NCBI GenBank assembly: GCA_001823065.1
Contig: MHTJ01000002.1
Span: 119,532 to 154,319, forward strand
Origin: Candidatus Vogelbacteria bacterium RIFOXYD1_FULL_44_32
GTDB lineage: Bacteria > Patescibacteriota > Minisyncoccia > Phycocordibacterales > XYD1-FULL-46-19
DNA length: 34,788 nt
Direction of reading: 5' to 3'
Both the position numbers and the translations under genes were made by a program. The notes beneath the pieces are model-generated. The model was not told the origin of the DNA and did not search any database. It saw nothing but the letters and a program-made list of their open reading frames with translations. Shown here one piece after another: positions 19,360-27,497 of the stretch; positions within the stretch are counted from its first letter, which is position 1; every line of letters starts with the position of its first letter.

Positions 19360-19387
19360 TTGACAAAATATGTAAATATGCTATACT
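19360..19387 (+). promoter_or_regulatory. Sigma70 promoter of orphan gene
   Basis: TTGACA-16-TATACT with extended -10 TG. Confidence 0.7.
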
Positions 19388-19446
19388 AAAGAGTAGTTAA
19401 GGTGTTTGTAATTTTCCACGATTCCGCACAGCGGAGGGAGGTTCAC

Positions 19447-20079
19447 ATGCGAGTTTTTATCATGTTTTTGGTGCTGGTGTTTGTTGGTTTCGTGGCTGGA
19501 GCTCAGACTGGTGGCCCAAAGCACACCCAAAAGTCTCGGCCGGCCAACAAGACCGAGCTGGCACCGGTGGTCATCGAAGAGATAGGGGAAGTAGAAGTTC
19601 AGCTTCTACCTCCGCCCGCCCCCGCCCAGACACCTGCCTATGGCGTGGCGCCAGTGGCTTCGGTAAACTCTGGTCTCGTGGAGACTGGAAGCCGGAGTTA
19701 TAAGGTGGCGTCGTCGACCAATTCGGCGGTACCGCTTTTGCCACCACCTGCCTTCCAAGCGGCCCCGCCGGCGCGGTATATCGCCGAGCGGGGCGCCATG
19801 AAGCGCCAGTATGATCGGCCTCAGGAGCTGGTGGACGGTCAGGAGCTCCAGGTGGAGAACTCCAGAGCCGACGATGATTTTCGTTGGTATCAAGAGAAAA
19901 ATCGCCACCAGGAGCAGGTTTTACATACCTACTCCAACTTTGGGCAAGAAGTTCTGCGTCAGCAGAATTATCGCCAAAGCGGCTCCACCTCCCGCTCCTA
20001 CCAGCGAGTGGAGGGGCAAGTGCAACGCCTCCCTGGTGGGGAGATAGTGGGGATTATAGGTGGCTTTCTCCAGCACTAG
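19447..20079 (+). CDS. GC-rich orphan secreted protein (signal peptide, Pro/Ala-rich, Gln-rich tail)
   Basis: ATG at 19447 follows SD GGAGGGAGG. Signal peptide MRVFIMFLVLVFVGFVAGA. Has its own promoter and terminator. Confidence 0.75.
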   Translation: MRVFIMFLVLVFVGFVAGAQTGGPKHTQKSRPANKTELAPVVIEEIGEVEVQLLPPPAPAQTPAYGVAPVASVNSGLVETGSRSYKVASSTNSAVPLLPPPAFQAAPPARYIAERGAMKRQYDRPQELVDGQELQVENSRADDDFRWYQEKNRHQEQVLHTYSNFGQEVLRQQNYRQSGSTSRSYQRVEGQVQRLPGGEIVGIIGGFLQH

Positions 20080-20099
20080 GCGCTGGGGTGGCCACAGAC

Positions 20100-20128
20100 A
20101 GCCCGGGTTCGCTACGCGAACCCGGGCT
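20100..20128 (+). terminator. Terminator hairpin
   Basis: AGCCCGGGTTCGC-TAC-GCGAACCCGGGCT followed by TAAATTTTT. Confidence 0.75.
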
Positions 20129-20177
20129 TAAATTTTTATACAAACCGCCGGGTGACTATGCTAAACTCATTTATAAG

Positions 20178-20618
20178 ATGCCAAAAGTTACAACTAATAA
20201 TTTAAATGAAACCAAGGTCCTAGCGAAGGAAATTGTGAACAAGTTAGGGCTGGCAGCAAAAGGGGCGACAATCTTGGCCTTGTTTGGCGATTTGGGAGCA
20301 GGTAAAACTTCTTTTACTCAAGGGGTAGCAGAAGCGCTGGGGATTGCCGAGACTATTTCCAGTCCAACTTTTGTTATTGAAAAAATATACGATTTACAAA
20401 ATCAGTCTTTTCACAAATTAATTCATATCGATGCTTATCGGCTTGAGAGCGGAAGTGATTTACTTAAACTTGGTTTTATGGATATTTTGGCTGATGAAAC
20501 AAATTTGATTATTTTAGAATGGACAGAAAATGTTTTAGAGATTTTGCCACCAACAATTAACAAAATTAATTTCAAGTTTGTTGACGAAAATACCAGGGAA
20601 ATAAATTATGAAATCTAA
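20178..20618 (+). CDS. tsaE: tRNA threonylcarbamoyladenosine biosynthesis ATPase TsaE
   Basis: GDLGAGKT, SSPTF, HIDAYRL, LEW. Likely start at ATG 20178. Confidence 0.95.
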   Translation: MPKVTTNNLNETKVLAKEIVNKLGLAAKGATILALFGDLGAGKTSFTQGVAEALGIAETISSPTFVIEKIYDLQNQSFHKLIHIDAYRLESGSDLLKLGFMDILADETNLIILEWTENVLEILPPTINKINFKFVDENTREINYEI

Positions 20619-22965
20619 TTATAAAAAAAGATTAGTGTTATTTGATGCCCATGCGATATTACATCGGGCGTATCATGCTTTGCCGGATTTTGTTTCGGCG
20701 GGGGGCGAGCCGACCGGTGGGTTGTATGGTTTGTCGGCGATGTTGTTGCGCATTATTTCTGATTTGAAGCCAGATTATATGGTGGCTTGTTATGATTTGG
20801 CCGAGCCAACCTTTCGCAAAAAAGTTTATGACGAATACAAGGCTGGTCGCGCCAAAGCTGATGATGCTCTAGTGGCTCAGATGACCCGGTCGCAAGATAT
20901 TTTTACCGCTTTTCAGATACCGGTTTTTTCGGCGCCCGGTTTTGAGGCCGACGATATTATTGGTACCGTTGTTGAACAAACTAAAAACAATAAAGACCTA
21001 GAAGTAATTATTGCTTCGGGTGATATGGATACAATGCAGTTGGTGGTGGGTGACAAGGTGAGAGTGTTTACTCTGAAAAAAGGAATAAATGATACGGTTA
21101 TTTATGACGAAAAAGCGGTGGTGGAGCGGTTTGGGTTTACTCCAGAATATTTGCCAGATTTTAAGGGTTTGTCGGGAGATCAGTCGGACAATATTATTGG
21201 GATAAAGGGGATTGGTGAGAAAACAGCGACGACCCTTATTGCTAAATTTGGCACGATTGAAAATCTCTATAAGCAAATAGCTAAAGATGAGACAAAAATA
21301 TTGGAAGCTGGTTTGTCACCACGGATTGTTGCCCTACTTAAAGAAGGCGAGGAGGAGGCCCTGTTTTCTAAAACCTTGGCCACTATTAGGCGGGATGCTC
21401 CGGTCAGCTTTGTGGTCCCAGAGAAAACTTGGCCAGAAATCTTTAGTATGACTGGAATAGAAAAGATTTTTAATGAACTAGATTTTTGTACTTTACTAGC
21501 GCGGGCCCGCACAGCGTTTGGGGCCACAGGTGATACTAAAGAGGAAGCCTTTGCCAAAGAAGATGTTGACCCAGAATTATTTAAACAAGCGCAGATTATG
21601 TTGTGGCTGCTGGATTCAGAAAAAAACAATTCTGATTTAGATCAGATATATTCTCATACTAAAACGGAAAAATTTACTGAGGCGTTTAAAAAATTAAAGC
21701 AGAAAATAATTGAGAAAAAATTAGATAGTGTTTATAAAAATATTGAATTGCCACTTATTCCAATTTTAGCTAGAGCGGAAAGGCGGGGTATATTGATTGA
21801 TAAAAATTGTTTCACTAAATTATCGCAGGAATTTCATTTGGAACTCACTAAACTCGAGACAGAGATTTTTGCTTTAGCTGGACATAAATTTAATATTAAT
21901 TCACCCAAACAACTTGGTATTGTTTTGTTTGATGAATTAAATTTAACCGCCAAGGGTTTAAAAAAAACCGCTGGGGGGGCGCGGTCAACTAAAGAATCGG
22001 AATTGTTAAAATTAGCCTCGATCGCGCCGATTGTGGATTTTATTTTGAAATATCGAGAATTGGCGAAATTGGTCTCCACTTATGTCGATGCGATTCCTAA
22101 GTTGGTGGATGAAGGGGGACGATTGCACTCTAAACTAAACCAAGCCGGAACGACCACCGGGCGGATGTCTAGCACCGACCCCAATCTCCAAAATATTCCC
22201 GCGTCCGCCGGTTATGGTATGGATATCCGACGTGGTTTTGTGGCGACCCCGGGTCACATACTGGTTGCCGCCGACTATTCCCAGATTGAATTGCGGGTAC
22301 TGGCCATATTGTCGGGTGACCCAGTGCTTAAAAATATTTTTCAGTCTGGTAAAGATATTCACACCTCGGTCGCGGCGCGGATTTTTGGGGTTAAAGAGGC
22401 CGATGTTACCTATGATATGAGACGTAAAGCCAAAGTGGTCAATTTTGGCATAATTTATGGTATGGGGGTAAATTCATTGCGGGCCAATATGGGGGGTACA
22501 CGAGAAGAGGCCCAAAAATTTTATGATGGTTATTTTGAGGAATTTAAAACAGTCAAGGAATATTTTGATCAAGTGGTTCACGATGCCTATGCTTTGGGCT
22601 ATACCGAAACAATGTTTGGTCGACGACGTTATTATCCTGGGTTACAGTCTAAATTACCCTTTATTAGGGCCCAGGCCGAGCGCCAAGCGGGTAATGCTCC
22701 GATTCAGGGGACTGAAGCCGATATCGTAAAAATAGCGACAATTCGGATTGAAGAGGCCCTAACCAAGTCTAAATTAAATAATCAGGCCCATTTTTTACTT
22801 CAAGTGCACGATGAGCTGATTTATGAGGTGGAAAAAGAGGCTTTAAATCAAGTTATTCCACTGATAAACCAGGAAATGGTAGGGGTAGTAGAAACCGAAG
22901 TGCCCCTGGCGGTAAACATTGAAATTGGCCCAAATTGGGGTGATTTAGAAGAGTGGCGGGGTTAA
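20608..22965 (+). CDS. polA: DNA polymerase I (5'-3' exonuclease plus polymerase, with the 3'-5' exonuclease region largely deleted)
   Basis: FEADD, GDQSDNIIGIKGIGEKTA, TTGRMSS, ADYSQIELR, KVVNFGIIYG, QVHDEL. 785 aa. Confidence 0.97.
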   Translation: MKSNYKKRLVLFDAHAILHRAYHALPDFVSAGGEPTGGLYGLSAMLLRIISDLKPDYMVACYDLAEPTFRKKVYDEYKAGRAKADDALVAQMTRSQDIFTAFQIPVFSAPGFEADDIIGTVVEQTKNNKDLEVIIASGDMDTMQLVVGDKVRVFTLKKGINDTVIYDEKAVVERFGFTPEYLPDFKGLSGDQSDNIIGIKGIGEKTATTLIAKFGTIENLYKQIAKDETKILEAGLSPRIVALLKEGEEEALFSKTLATIRRDAPVSFVVPEKTWPEIFSMTGIEKIFNELDFCTLLARARTAFGATGDTKEEAFAKEDVDPELFKQAQIMLWLLDSEKNNSDLDQIYSHTKTEKFTEAFKKLKQKIIEKKLDSVYKNIELPLIPILARAERRGILIDKNCFTKLSQEFHLELTKLETEIFALAGHKFNINSPKQLGIVLFDELNLTAKGLKKTAGGARSTKESELLKLASIAPIVDFILKYRELAKLVSTYVDAIPKLVDEGGRLHSKLNQAGTTTGRMSSTDPNLQNIPASAGYGMDIRRGFVATPGHILVAADYSQIELRVLAILSGDPVLKNIFQSGKDIHTSVAARIFGVKEADVTYDMRRKAKVVNFGIIYGMGVNSLRANMGGTREEAQKFYDGYFEEFKTVKEYFDQVVHDAYALGYTETMFGRRRYYPGLQSKLPFIRAQAERQAGNAPIQGTEADIVKIATIRIEEALTKSKLNNQAHFLLQVHDELIYEVEKEALNQVIPLINQEMVGVVETEVPLAVNIEIGPNWGDLEEWRG

Positions 22966-23100
22966 AATATAGGGTTTTACCCTTGACGATTGGTCATATT
23001 ACTTATCCACATTAGATAAAAGATTGAAAACTAGGGTTTTAAATGTTATTGTCTGGTTATCGTAATCTGAAAGGTCGATTACAAAACAATCAAAGCAACT

Positions 23101-23325
23101 ATGTCCAAGAATGTAATTATTGCCATTGTTGTCATTGTTATCATCATCGCTGGTGTTGTTTGGTACATGAACCAAAACGCCGCTGTTGATACTACTGACA
23201 CCACTGATGTGGTAGATACTGGCGACAACGGCACCGGTTCTTTCACAACTGGTGACGACACAACCGCTACTGATGCTTCTGTTGAAGCAGGCGCAGGCGT
23301 TGACGCCGGAGCAAGCGCTCAGTAA
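23101..23325 (+). CDS. Small membrane-anchored acidic Thr/Asp-rich surface protein
   Basis: N-terminal TM helix followed by a low-complexity D/T/A/G tail. A terminator follows. Confidence 0.75.
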   Translation: MSKNVIIAIVVIVIIIAGVVWYMNQNAAVDTTDTTDVVDTGDNGTGSFTTGDDTTATDASVEAGAGVDAGASAQ

Positions 23326-23337
23326 TCTCTTCAAGAG

Positions 23338-23384
23338 CCCCGCATTCATTCCGCTAAATATAGCCGATTGAATGCGGGGTTTTT
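23338..23384 (+). terminator. Intrinsic terminator
   Basis: CCCCGCATTCA...TGAATGCGGGG-TTTTT. Confidence 0.75.
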
Positions 23385-23439
23385 GTGTGGTCACAATCGT
23401 CTTGCTCACCGGGGCGCACTCATCTATGATTGAAGTGAA

Positions 23440-24042
23440 ATGTCCACTACTACCAAAACAGAATTAATGAAAGCCATCCGGGATGAGGTTTTAGCGCTAA
23501 AAATTTCACCCCTATACGAATATCGGGCGGCCAATGGCTATTTCCCGGTGATTGGGGAGGGTAGCCATGAGGCCTCAATTATGTTTATTGGCGAAGCGCC
23601 CGGTAAAAATGAAGCTCAAACCGCACGCCCTTTTTGTGGGGCGTCTGGTAAAATTTTAGACGAGTTGCTGGCGACTATTGGTCTCGCTCGAGCCAGTGTC
23701 TATATCACTAATATTGTCAAAGATCGGCCACCCGAAAACCGGGACCCACTACCGGCGGAAATTATGCTCTATTCGCCATTTTTAGATCGGCAGATTGATA
23801 TTATTCGCCCCAAAGTCATCGCTACTTTAGGGCGCTTTGCGATGAAATATATCCTTGATAAATATGGGGCGATTGAAAATTCTAATTCGATTTCTAGTTT
23901 GCATGGCACCTTGATTAAAGCCCTTGCTCCTCATGGGGAAGTAGTGGTTTTACCGCTTTATCACCCAGCCGCCACTATTTACAATCAGTCACTCAAAGAG
24001 ACCTTAAAGAAAGATTTTAAAGAGCTGAAAAAATTCATTTAA
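23440..24042 (+). CDS. udg: Uracil-DNA glycosylase, family 4-like
   Basis: GEAPG, RPF.G..G, TNIVKDRPPENRDP, YHPAA. Confidence 0.93.
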   Translation: MSTTTKTELMKAIRDEVLALKISPLYEYRAANGYFPVIGEGSHEASIMFIGEAPGKNEAQTARPFCGASGKILDELLATIGLARASVYITNIVKDRPPENRDPLPAEIMLYSPFLDRQIDIIRPKVIATLGRFAMKYILDKYGAIENSNSISSLHGTLIKALAPHGEVVVLPLYHPAATIYNQSLKETLKKDFKELKKFI

Positions 24043-24064
24043 AGATTATGATATACTCGAAATA

Positions 24065-24844
24065 ATGAAACCAGTAGCTTTAATTTCTTGGAATGTCAAC
24101 GGGATTCGGGCAGCCGAGCGGAAAGGTTTTTTGGATTTTTTAGCCACCAGTAAATATGATGTGGTCGCTGTGCAAGAGACCAAAGTTCACAATATCGCCC
24201 AACTGTCCCCAGCCCTAGTTCAGCCTGAGGGCTATAATTCTTATTGGGATTGTTGTGAGACCAAAAAGGGCTACAGTGGTGTGGCAACTTTTTCTAAACT
24301 TATTCCGGAAAAAATAAAAACTGATTTTGGTAATAATATTTTGACAGCCGAGGGGAGAATGATTGAAACTCACTTTGCAAATTTTATTTTTTTGAATATT
24401 TATTTTCCTAATGGGGGAGCCAGTCCCGCTCGGCTGGCCTACAAGCTAGAGTTTTATCAGGAATTTGTCGCTTATCTTAAAAAATTAAAAAAATTAGGCA
24501 AACCGATTATTTTCACCGGTGATGTCAATACAGCCCACGAGGAAATAGATTTGGCCCGACCAAAGCAAAATGAGAAAGTCTCGGGTTTTATGAGGGTCGA
24601 GCGTGATTGGCTGGATGAGTTTGCTAAAATTGGTTTTGTGGACACTTTTCGCTTTAAACATCCAGAAACTGTAAAATATAGCTGGTGGGACCAAAAAACA
24701 GCCGCACGGGAGCGTAATGTGGGTTGGCGGATCGATTATTTTTATGTCAGTACTGATTTGGTCGATAATATAAAGCGGGCGGCCATTCTCGACGAAGTTT
24801 ACGGTTCCGATCACGCGCCGATTTTATTGGAGTTGGAGTTTTAA
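24065..24844 (+). CDS. xth: Exodeoxyribonuclease III (AP endonuclease)
   Basis: SWNVNGIRA, QETK, GYSGV, YFPNG, GDVNTAH, GWRIDY, SDHAP. Confidence 0.97.
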   Translation: MKPVALISWNVNGIRAAERKGFLDFLATSKYDVVAVQETKVHNIAQLSPALVQPEGYNSYWDCCETKKGYSGVATFSKLIPEKIKTDFGNNILTAEGRMIETHFANFIFLNIYFPNGGASPARLAYKLEFYQEFVAYLKKLKKLGKPIIFTGDVNTAHEEIDLARPKQNEKVSGFMRVERDWLDEFAKIGFVDTFRFKHPETVKYSWWDQKTAARERNVGWRIDYFYVSTDLVDNIKRAAILDEVYGSDHAPILLELEF

Positions 24845-24861
24845 GGAAGAGTAAAATTAAT

Positions 24862-24987
24862 AGCCAAATTTCGTTGCCGGTGTTTGGATGCTGGAACCTT
24901 GCACAGCGCGACGGCGCGAGCAGAGCAAAAACTTAACAAAGTTTTATGTGTGTTCCAGCAGACAAATACCAAGAAAGAAATTTGGCT
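24862..24987 (+). repeat. Long-hairpin intergenic element, copy 1 (30-nt core at 24896-24925)
   Basis: Nested inverted repeats AGCCAAATTTC/GAAATTTGGCT, GGTGTTTG/CAAATACC and TGCTGGAAC/GTTCCAGCA enclose ACCTTGCACAGCGCGACGGCGCGAGCAGAG. Confidence 0.85.
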
Positions 24988-24999
24988 TACCTTTAATTT

Positions 25000-25716
25000 A
25001 TGTTATACATCTACTTTGGATCAGACATAAATAAATCTCAACTGGCTTGGCGGAAATTTGCCGAGGCGGTAAAAACTAAACGCCCAGACGCCGAAGTTTT
25101 TGAATTGGCGGAGGATATTTTTTCGGAAACATCTGCCGACGAGCTTTTGCATGGACAGGGTTTGTTTGTGAGTAAACATATTGTTTTAGCTAAAAGATTA
25201 TTGCAAAACCAGGAGGCCGAGCAGTGGTTATTTGATAATCTAAAAGATATTAGTGAAGCCGACCATATGTTTTTACTATGGGAAGAAAAATTGTTGGCAC
25301 CCCAAAAACAAAAATTAGAAAAGTTTGGGGCTGAACTAAAAGAATTTATTAAAAAACCAGAAGCAGAAATTAAAGACAATTTTATTTTTTCAATTGGTGA
25401 TGCATTGGGAGCGCGTGATCGGCTAAAGTTGTGGAAGGCGGTGGCTGGGGCTAGTCTAAAGGGCTATGAACCAGAAGAAATTTTTTGGCAGTTGTTTGGG
25501 ACAGCACGCAATATGGCCTTGGTCGCTAGGGAAGAGAGTGACCAAGATATACCACTTCATCCATTTGTAGCTAAAAAGACACGGGGTTATTTAAGGAATT
25601 GGGGTGACGAAGGTGCGCTCAAGCTCACTGGTGACCTGATGGCCTTATATCATAATGTGCGGCGCGAGAGTCGGGATTTAGATGTAGCACTGGAGCGGTT
25701 TGCGCTTGAGATATAG
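25000..25716 (+). CDS. holA: DNA polymerase III delta subunit, short form
   Basis: MLYIYFGSD start, GLFVSKHIV (SLF-like clamp-contact motif), IFSIGDAL, LHPFVAKK, ALERFAL end. Confidence 0.75.
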   Translation: MLYIYFGSDINKSQLAWRKFAEAVKTKRPDAEVFELAEDIFSETSADELLHGQGLFVSKHIVLAKRLLQNQEAEQWLFDNLKDISEADHMFLLWEEKLLAPQKQKLEKFGAELKEFIKKPEAEIKDNFIFSIGDALGARDRLKLWKAVAGASLKGYEPEEIFWQLFGTARNMALVAREESDQDIPLHPFVAKKTRGYLRNWGDEGALKLTGDLMALYHNVRRESRDLDVALERFALEI

Positions 25717-25757
25717 ACTAATGATATTTTTTTATGTAGAATACGTGCGTTAGATTT

Positions 25758-25830
25758 GCCCTGTTAGCTCAGTTGGTAGAGCAGCTCCCTTTTAAGGAGA
25801 TGGTCGCAGGTTCGACTCCTGCACGGGGCA
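25758..25830 (+). tRNA. tRNA-Lys (anticodon UUU), CCA not encoded
   Basis: Acceptor GCCCTGT/ACGGGGC, D-arm GCTC/GAGC, anticodon loop CTTTTAA, T-arm GCAGG-TTCGACT-CCTGC. Upstream promoter TAGACT-17-TAGAAT at 25714-25742. Confidence 0.96.
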
Positions 25831-26180
25831 CAAAAAGGCACTTTTTGTGCCCCGTGAGCGAGACAACTGCTTGTCTCGCGTCAGGAGTCGAAAGGACTTT
25901 CAATGTTTGTGAGCGAAGAGCAAACAAACCTGAAAGTCACCCGCGACCGTAGGTCGAGACTCACTTATTGTTACTGTAAAAATATCTTGTCTCCCGTGCA
26001 GGAGTCGAACGCCGGAGCGCACGAAGTCGGAGGTCAGCAGAGCTGGAGGTCAGCAGAGCTCCGGTGCGAGGCGGTGCCTAGACCGAGACTTGGCGACGGC
26101 CCAGGATCGAGTCGAGGGAGACTCCTGCAAAAGTATCAGTCGAAAGTCACCCGCGACCGTAGGTCGAGACTCCTGCACCA
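25831..26180 (+). repeat. tRNA-3'-end mirror repeat array
   Basis: Antisense copies of the tRNA 3' end at 25847-25892 (split by a hairpin) and 25989-26010. Sense fragments GACTCCTGCA near 26120 and 26168. 31-nt direct repeat at 25932-62 / 26142-72. 2 x 16-nt tandem at 26029-60. Confidence 0.85.
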
Positions 26181-26261
26181 CTTCAAATCTTGCCATTTCC
26201 CAATTTAGGCATAGAATCGGTGATAGAAAAAACATCCGCATAGCGGAGGAGGATTGTAAAA

Positions 26262-26561
26262 ATGGGAACAGTAACAACAGGTGTAAATCCTCAGTTATTA
26301 CCGAGAGTCAAAGATTTGCCGAAAAGAGACAGAGCCCTTCGTTTTGGGGACAGTCTTGTCTTTCATTCCGAAACCCATCGGGTCTTGGTGGTGCGTCGGG
26401 GGCCTGATGGGCCGGTGGTTGTCCACTCGGCCGACTTCGACGGCCTTACCCATTTTGGGTTCCTTCAGTATGTCGAACAGCAGGTATATCTGTTTGGGCT
26501 TAAATACCAGAAGTCCAGCCTGGTTTTTGGCCCGACAGATATTGCTTATGATGTTTACTAG
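26262..26561 (+). CDS. GC-rich orphan hypothetical protein
   Basis: Promoter TTGCCA-16-TAGAAT (26190-26217), SD GGAGGAGG (26245-52), hairpin at 26568-26595 after the stop. Confidence 0.7.
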   Translation: MGTVTTGVNPQLLPRVKDLPKRDRALRFGDSLVFHSETHRVLVVRRGPDGPVVVHSADFDGLTHFGFLQYVEQQVYLFGLKYQKSSLVFGPTDIAYDVY

Positions 26562-26620
26562 TCTTTTGGCCCGGGGCGCGTTTGCGTTCCGGGTCGTCGT
26601 TTGTTACAAATATCATACTT

Positions 26621-27100
26621 GTGACTAAGAAAACTTTTTTAATTCTCTATAACATTCGTTCTGCCTACAATGTGGGGGCTATTTTTCGTACAGCGGACGC
26701 GGTAGGGATAAGTAAAATATATTTGGTGGGGGTCACACCGTGCCCGGCCGACAAGTTTGGCCGAGTAAACAGCCAAATCGCTAAAACGGCTTTGGGGGCG
26801 GAAAAGACGGTGGCTTGGGAGTATAAAAAAACGATTGCCCCACTTATGGCCAAACTAAAAAAAGATGGGGCTCAGGTGGTTGCGCTTGAGCAAGATGAAG
26901 AGGCGATTGACTATCGGAAGCTAAAACCAAAAGGTGATTGGGCACTTATTCTAGGCGAAGAAACCAAGGGCCTGTCGAAAGCTATTTTAAGTCAGTCTGA
27001 TTCGATTGTAGAAATCCCGATGAAAGGGAAGAAAGAGTCTTTAAATGTGTCGGTTGCGGCCGGGGTGGCGTTATTTCAAATAATAGGCAATAAAATTTAA
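26621..27100 (+). CDS. SPOUT (TrmH/SpoU family) RNA 2'-O-methyltransferase
   Basis: NIRSAYNVGAIFRTADA, LILGEETKG, EIPMKGKKESLNVSVAAG. Likely GTG start at 26621. Confidence 0.93.
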   Translation: MTKKTFLILYNIRSAYNVGAIFRTADAVGISKIYLVGVTPCPADKFGRVNSQIAKTALGAEKTVAWEYKKTIAPLMAKLKKDGAQVVALEQDEEAIDYRKLKPKGDWALILGEETKGLSKAILSQSDSIVEIPMKGKKESLNVSVAAGVALFQIIGNKI

Positions 27101-27106
27101 AAGCCC

Positions 27107-27137
27107 AAAATATTGGACACCGAGTGTCCAATATTTT
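27107..27137. terminator. Bidirectional terminator
   Basis: AAAATATTGGACAC-CGA-GTGTCCAATATTTT. Confidence 0.8.
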
Positions 27138-27144
27138 TTACAAT

Positions 27145-27308
27145 AAAAAGGGCCGTCACTGGCTCGAGGACCCCTTTCACTCGCCGCTACTAGGGGATAC
27201 TTGGGATAATGTGTTTGGTCCCAGATGTATTGCCTGGGCACACCATCCTTAGTATTGTCTGCTCTTGCCAACCCAGATGGAATTCCTAAATGGGTTTGTG
27301 ACGGCCTT
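27145..27308 (-). ncRNA. Candidate multi-helix ncRNA with an AGUA/GAA (loop E / bulged-G) hairpin
   Basis: Closing stem GGCCGTCAC/GTGACGGCC followed by TTTTT. Several internal helices. Minus-strand promoter TTGCTA-16-TATAGT at 27340-27313. Confidence 0.65.
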
Positions 27309-27405
27309 GTTGACTATATAATATTAATCAAATTTAGCAAGATTTGGATGACAAAATTAGTATTATAGGCCAAAAAATAAGGGTATTGTAAGGTGGCTAA
27401 AACAC

Positions 27406-27434
27406 TTGACAAAATAGATAGAAAAGTGTATAAT
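27406..27434 (+). promoter_or_regulatory. Perfect consensus sigma70 promoter
   Basis: TTGACA-17-TATAAT. Confidence 0.85.
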
Positions 27435-27497
27435 CTAGGATAGGTAGTGTGGGTACCAGACAAAGACTCGCGTAGGCGGGTTGAAGGAGAAAGAAGA

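Noticed and set aside
19884-20177. Long N-terminal extension of TsaE in the ORF track
   Set aside because: It overlaps the upstream orphan gene and its terminator. TsaE similarity begins at ATG 20178.
22999-23409. Minus-strand ORFs of 136 aa and 60 aa
   Set aside because: They are shadows of the plus-strand membrane-anchored gene 23101-23325, which has its own terminator.
24862-24987. Hammerhead ribozyme or integron attC site
   Set aside because: No CUGANGA/GAAA core, no RYYYAAC...GTTRRRY ends, no integrase, and the flanking genes are housekeeping.
25831-26180. CRISPR array
   Set aside because: The repeats are mixed inverted and direct, derived from the tRNA and irregularly spaced, and there are no cas genes.
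25903-26407. ORFs 25903-26208, 26050-26277 and 26090-26407
   Set aside because: They run through the GC-rich repeat array and lack credible starts, so they are probably chance open frames.
27171-27196. 23S rRNA gene fragment
   Set aside because: The similarity is limited to one hairpin and the flanking sequence is not rRNA-like.
27071-27271. 66-aa minus-strand ORF
   Set aside because: It has a TTG start inside a helix, runs through two terminator signals and overlaps the methyltransferase. The RNA structure explains the region better.
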